This document shows, in pieces, positions 60,501-64,000 of a stretch of DNA of 64,000 nt (position 1 is its first letter; every line of letters begins with the position of its first letter). Both the position numbers and the translations under genes were made by a program. Source of the DNA: Hypanus sabinus (taxonomy: Eukaryota); contig NC_082712.1 of assembly GCF_030144855.1 (NCBI RefSeq), forward strand, positions 11,842,001 through 11,906,000, read 5' to 3'. Below the pieces are notes generated by a model that worked only from the letters and a program-made list of their open reading frames with translations, was not told where the DNA came from and searched no databases.

Positions 60501-61740
60501 ATGACCTTCTCAAGATCACCCAAACCTTCTACACATTTAACCCCATGCTCCTTCTGACCAACCCTCTTGATCTGGATCCCTGCCCCCTGCACATCTAGTT
60601 TAAACCTCCCCCCCCCCCAGCAGCACTGGCAAACACTCCTGCAAGAATGTTAGTACCCCTCCGGTTCAGATGTAGACCGTCCCTTCGAAACAGATCCCAA
60701 TGTCCCTGGAACAAAGACCAATTATCCAAAAACCTGAACCCTTCCTTCCTGCACCATGCTCTCAGCCTCGTATTAATGTGCATAATCATTCTATTCTTCG
60801 CCTCACTCGCACGTGGCACAGGTAGCAATCCCGAGATTGTCACCCTGGAGGTCCTGCCTTTCAGCTTCACTCCTAACTCCCTGAACTCTCTAAGCAGGAC
60901 CCCCTCACTCACCTTACCTATATCGTTGGTCCCTACATGGACCACTACATCTGGGTTCATGCCCTCGTTCTCAAGAATAGCCTGCACCCGATCTGAGATG
61001 TCCCGGACCCTGGCACCAGGGAGGCAACATACCATCCGAGACTCCAGATCTGCCCCACAAAATCTCCTATCTGTCCCCCTAACTATAGAATCCCCTAAAA
61101 CTATCGCTCTCTTCTCTTCCCTCCTCCCCTTTCTAGTTGAGGGTTCAACCTCTGTGCCAGAGGCAGGACCACTACAACTCATTCCTGGTAGGTCATCCCC
61201 ATCAACAGTATCCAGTACGGTATACTTATTGTTAGTGGGAATGGCCGCATGGGTGCTCTGCTCTCTCTGCCTGCTCCCCCTGCCTCTCTGGACCGTCACC
61301 CATCTGCCTACTTCTTGGTTTTTTGGTGTGACTACCTCCTGATAACTCCTATCTATCTCTGCCTCTGCCTCCCGAATGATCCGTAGTTCATCCAGCTCCC
61401 GCTCCAACTCCCTAACTCGGGCTGATAGGAGCTGCAGCTGGACGCACCTCTTGCAGGTGTGGTCATCAGGGACAACTGTGTTGACCCTGACTTCCCACAT
61501 ACTGCATTCGGAGCACACCACTCCCCCATACCTGAACTGGATTAATAGAATAAGTCTAAAAAGCACCTAGCGACCTTACCTTCTTCCCCTCAGCGAACAA
61601 TCACACAGGCTTACCGAAGTCCCCTTACGCCGAAGCCCACTTAGCCAAAGCCCAAGACTCTGCTTCCACAGACTCCGCTGCCCGCTCTGAAAAGATGTCC
61701 TGCCTTTTAAAGTGCGCGCTCGACGCACAACGCACATATT
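57505..61740 (-). mobile_element. Near full-length young CR1 LINE (5' UTR, intact ORF1, ORF2 with three visible lesions, (CAATAGA)n tail)
   Basis: ORF2 pieces 60251-60592, 59345-60235, 58654-59340 and 57602-58540 carry all APE and RT motifs. One in-frame TAA (60251-60253) and two frameshifts (~59345, ~58690). Confidence 0.95.
60595..61566 (-). CDS. CR1 ORF1 protein (zinc finger, coiled coil, SGNH esterase)
   Basis: 323-aa open frame with CSEC..C..C, LLSARVRELERELDEL, LGDS, PGA, HVGTND and DGLH motifs. Confidence 0.9.
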   Translation of the reverse strand: MLFRLILLIQFRYGGVVCSECSMWEVRVNTVVPDDHTCKRCVQLQLLSARVRELERELDELRIIREAEAEIDRSYQEVVTPKNQEVGRWVTVQRGRGSRQREQSTHAAIPTNNKYTVLDTVDGDDLPGMSCSGPASGTEVEPSTRKGRREEKRAIVLGDSIVRGTDRRFCGADLESRMVCCLPGARVRDISDRVQAILENEGMNPDVVVHVGTNDIGKVSEGVLLREFRELGVKLKGRTSRVTISGLLPVPRASEAKNRMIMHINTRLRAWCRKEGFRFLDNWSLFQGHWDLFRRDGLHLNRRGTNILAGVFASAAGGGGGLN

Positions 61741-63424
61741 CCCACAATATGAGGGAAGTTGAAATCACCCATAACTACAACCCTGTATTTCCTGCACCAT
61801 TCTGAAATCTGCCTGCTTATCTGCTCCTCATTGTCCCAAAGGCCATTTGGGGGCCTATAGACTACTCCCAGCACAGTGATTGATCCCTTCCTATTTCTGA
61901 TTTCCACCCACACCGACTCAATGGACACTCCCTCTGCAGCGTCCTCCCCTCTATAGCCGTGATACTGTCCCTGACCAGTAATGCGACCCACCCCCCCCCC
62001 CCCCACTTTCTACCTGCCGTCCTGTTCCTTTTAAAACACCTAAACCCTGGTACCTGCATCAGCCAATCCTGCCCTTCCTCCAGCCAAGTTTCAGTAACGG
62101 CCACAACATCGTAGTTCCATGTACTGATCCATGCTCGAAGTTCATCCCCTTTATTCCTAATACTCCTAGTATTGAAATAGACACATCTCAACCCCTCTAA
62201 CTGGCTACATTTATGTTTTGTCCCCTGCCTGTCCTTCCTCACCAACTCAGAACACATAGCATCATGCCCTTGTACTTCTACCCTAATCTCTGCACTCACA
62301 TTCTGATTCCCACTCCCTGCCAAACTAGTTTAAACCCTCCCCAATAGCTCCAGCAAACCTGCCCGCCAGGATATTGGTCCCTTTCCAGTTCAGGTGCAGC
62401 CCATCCTTTTTGTACAGGTCAGACCTTCCCCAGAAGAGATCCCAATGATCCAGAAATCAGAACCCCTGCCCCCTGCACCAACTCTTCAGCCACGCATTCA
62501 TCTGCCATAACTTCCTGTTCCTACCCTCTCTGTCTCGTGGCACAGGCAGCAGTCCCGAGATTACCACCCTTGACGTTCTGTATCTGTATACAGTCAGATG
62601 GCAATAAACTTGACCTTGATTGCCGCTTTTCTGATGCAACGCTCTGTGCCTGTGTTGCTACGGCAACTGGATTTTCACTGCACCTGTGCAGACACGTAGG
62701 CAGACGTGCAATGAAAATCGTCCCTGCAGCAGCAAGTAAGTTCAGTTCCACTCCGCTCATTACAGGAAGGATGAGGAAGCTTTCGAGAGGATGTAAAGGA
62801 GATCTACCAGGATGCTGCCTGGACCAGAGAGGATGTTTAATGAGGAAAGGTTGAGCGAGCTGGAGACTTTCTCTTGGGAGTGAAGAAAGATGAGAGGCGA
62901 CTTGATAGAGGTGAACAAGATGATAAGAGGCATAATCGAGCAGACAGCCAGAGACTTTTCCTGGAAAGTATTGGGGGGATGTCAGAGGTCAGAGTTGACT
63001 TTTTAATGAGACACACAAGACACACAGGAGACACACGATGCCAGAGGCAAGGAGGACACTGGTGAGCTTTGTGTGCTCATGACGAGGGTGGGGTTTCTGC
63101 TCACAGTGTGGACAAAGGAACGCTATCGGTGTGTTTAACCCTCGACTGGGTTGATAGCGTTTCCATGGAAACATTCCCCTTTTCTGTGGTCACAAGTTGG
63201 TGACTGTAAGTTTCGGGAGCAGGAGGACGACGTGGAGGATCGGCATCTGCAACGGCATTTGGAAGACAAACCCACTCTCCATCTCTCTCTCCAACTCCAC
63301 TCAAATCAAATTCCAGAACTGAACTGATTACTTACCATACCACCATAAGACTGTATCATATAATCTCCTGAGCTGGGAAGCTTGGGATCCTTATTTACTT
63401 ATATATATACACACATATACTCTG

Positions 63425-63641
63425 TGTGGTGAACTACATATACCTGTCTGGACACACCCCTCTGCTGACTGCTCCTCTGGCTCCTCCCACAGACCCCTGT
63501 ATAAAGGCGATTGGAGGCACTGCTCCTCCCTCAGTCTCCAGGATGTTGTGTGGTTGTCTCTTGCTGCTAATCGTGGTCTCTTGCAGCTAATAAAAGCCTA
63601 TCGTTCGCCTCCTGTCTCCGAGAGTTATTAATGGTGCATCG
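63425..63641 (+). mobile_element. Solo LTR of the 193-bp LTR family
   Basis: Matches 36899-37091; TGTGG..CATCG ends; 5-bp TSD CTCTG (63420-63424 and 63642-63646); internal ~21-bp tandem duplication. Confidence 0.9.
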
Positions 63642-64000
63642 CTCTGCTAACCTGTTTACCTTATTTTGTTTTGTATTACTTTATTCCCGTAATTACTAAT
63701 AAAATAGAGTTTATAATGAAAGTCTCAGACTCCAGGTGTATCTGTTTCTGCTGGTTCTTTTTAACCTGTTACGGGGTACGTAATACGGGTAAAACAATAT
63801 TGTTATGGAAACAGCAATGGAGAATCCTTCGACATCTGAGTGTGACGGTATTCCTGAGTCCCACTCGGGAATTGTATGACTGACAGCAGTGAAAACCGAG
63901 AGGAAGCTACTGACACGATGAAGGAAGCCCTGAATGCTGTCAGAGATGGAGGCCCTTCATTGCTGACTGAAATGGCAGCAGCGTCACGGACCGGGGAGAG

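Larger units (their letters stand above)
52470..62560 (-). mobile_element. Older CR1 LINE hosting nested L1(+HERO) and a younger CR1
   Basis: Pieces 52470-53692 (RT/3'), 56467-57505 and 61742-62560 (APE, ORF1 end) join into one collinear CR1 once the inserts are removed (PLFKKGNRE|NPGNYR across the L1 TSD). Confidence 0.8.

Noticed and set aside
60647-61342. Long antisense ORFs over retroelement genes (also 2903-3463, 30305-30700, 18833-19321, 8210-8758)
   Set aside because: They are shadows of real TE coding frames or of pyrimidine-rich tails, with no independent motifs.
63194-63346. Candidate first exons for the intact V gene (ATG|GTAAGT at 63336, then MPILHVVLLLPKLTVTN at 63194-63246)
   Set aside because: The only plausible donor (TT|GTGACC) is weak and phase 2, whereas the V exon needs phase 1. 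Not supportable without transcripts.

Overview
This is repeat-dense vertebrate genomic DNA, inferred to be elasmobranch (probably a ray) from HE1/V-SINE-like SINEs and shark/ray-type CR1 and Penelope families. It is not prokaryotic: there is no CRISPR array and no rRNA or tRNA gene. Most ORFs in the track are retroelement fragments or their antisense shadows. The host-gene content is a minus-strand tandem cluster of Siglec-15/PILR-like V-set Ig receptor parts: an intact V exon (50622-51017, long F-G loop with RGD, no sialic-acid-binding Arg), an intact transmembrane exon with a central Lys and an 8-aa tail (46254-46372), a dead V exon (1-374) and a dead orphan TM exon (22846-22961) in a diverged segmental duplicate. 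Mobile elements include a near-complete Gmr1-type Gypsy (PR-IN-RT-RH order, GGTC TSD) and an RT-less LTR element whose PBS position is complementary to its own LTR poly(A) signal. There are also solo LTRs with TSDs, two 5'-truncated L1s with TSDs, nested CR1/L1/HERO insertions, Rex1/Babar fragments, and Penelope elements with minimal hammerhead-ribozyme motifs. Boundaries of degenerate repeats are approximate; all alignments were done by eye.
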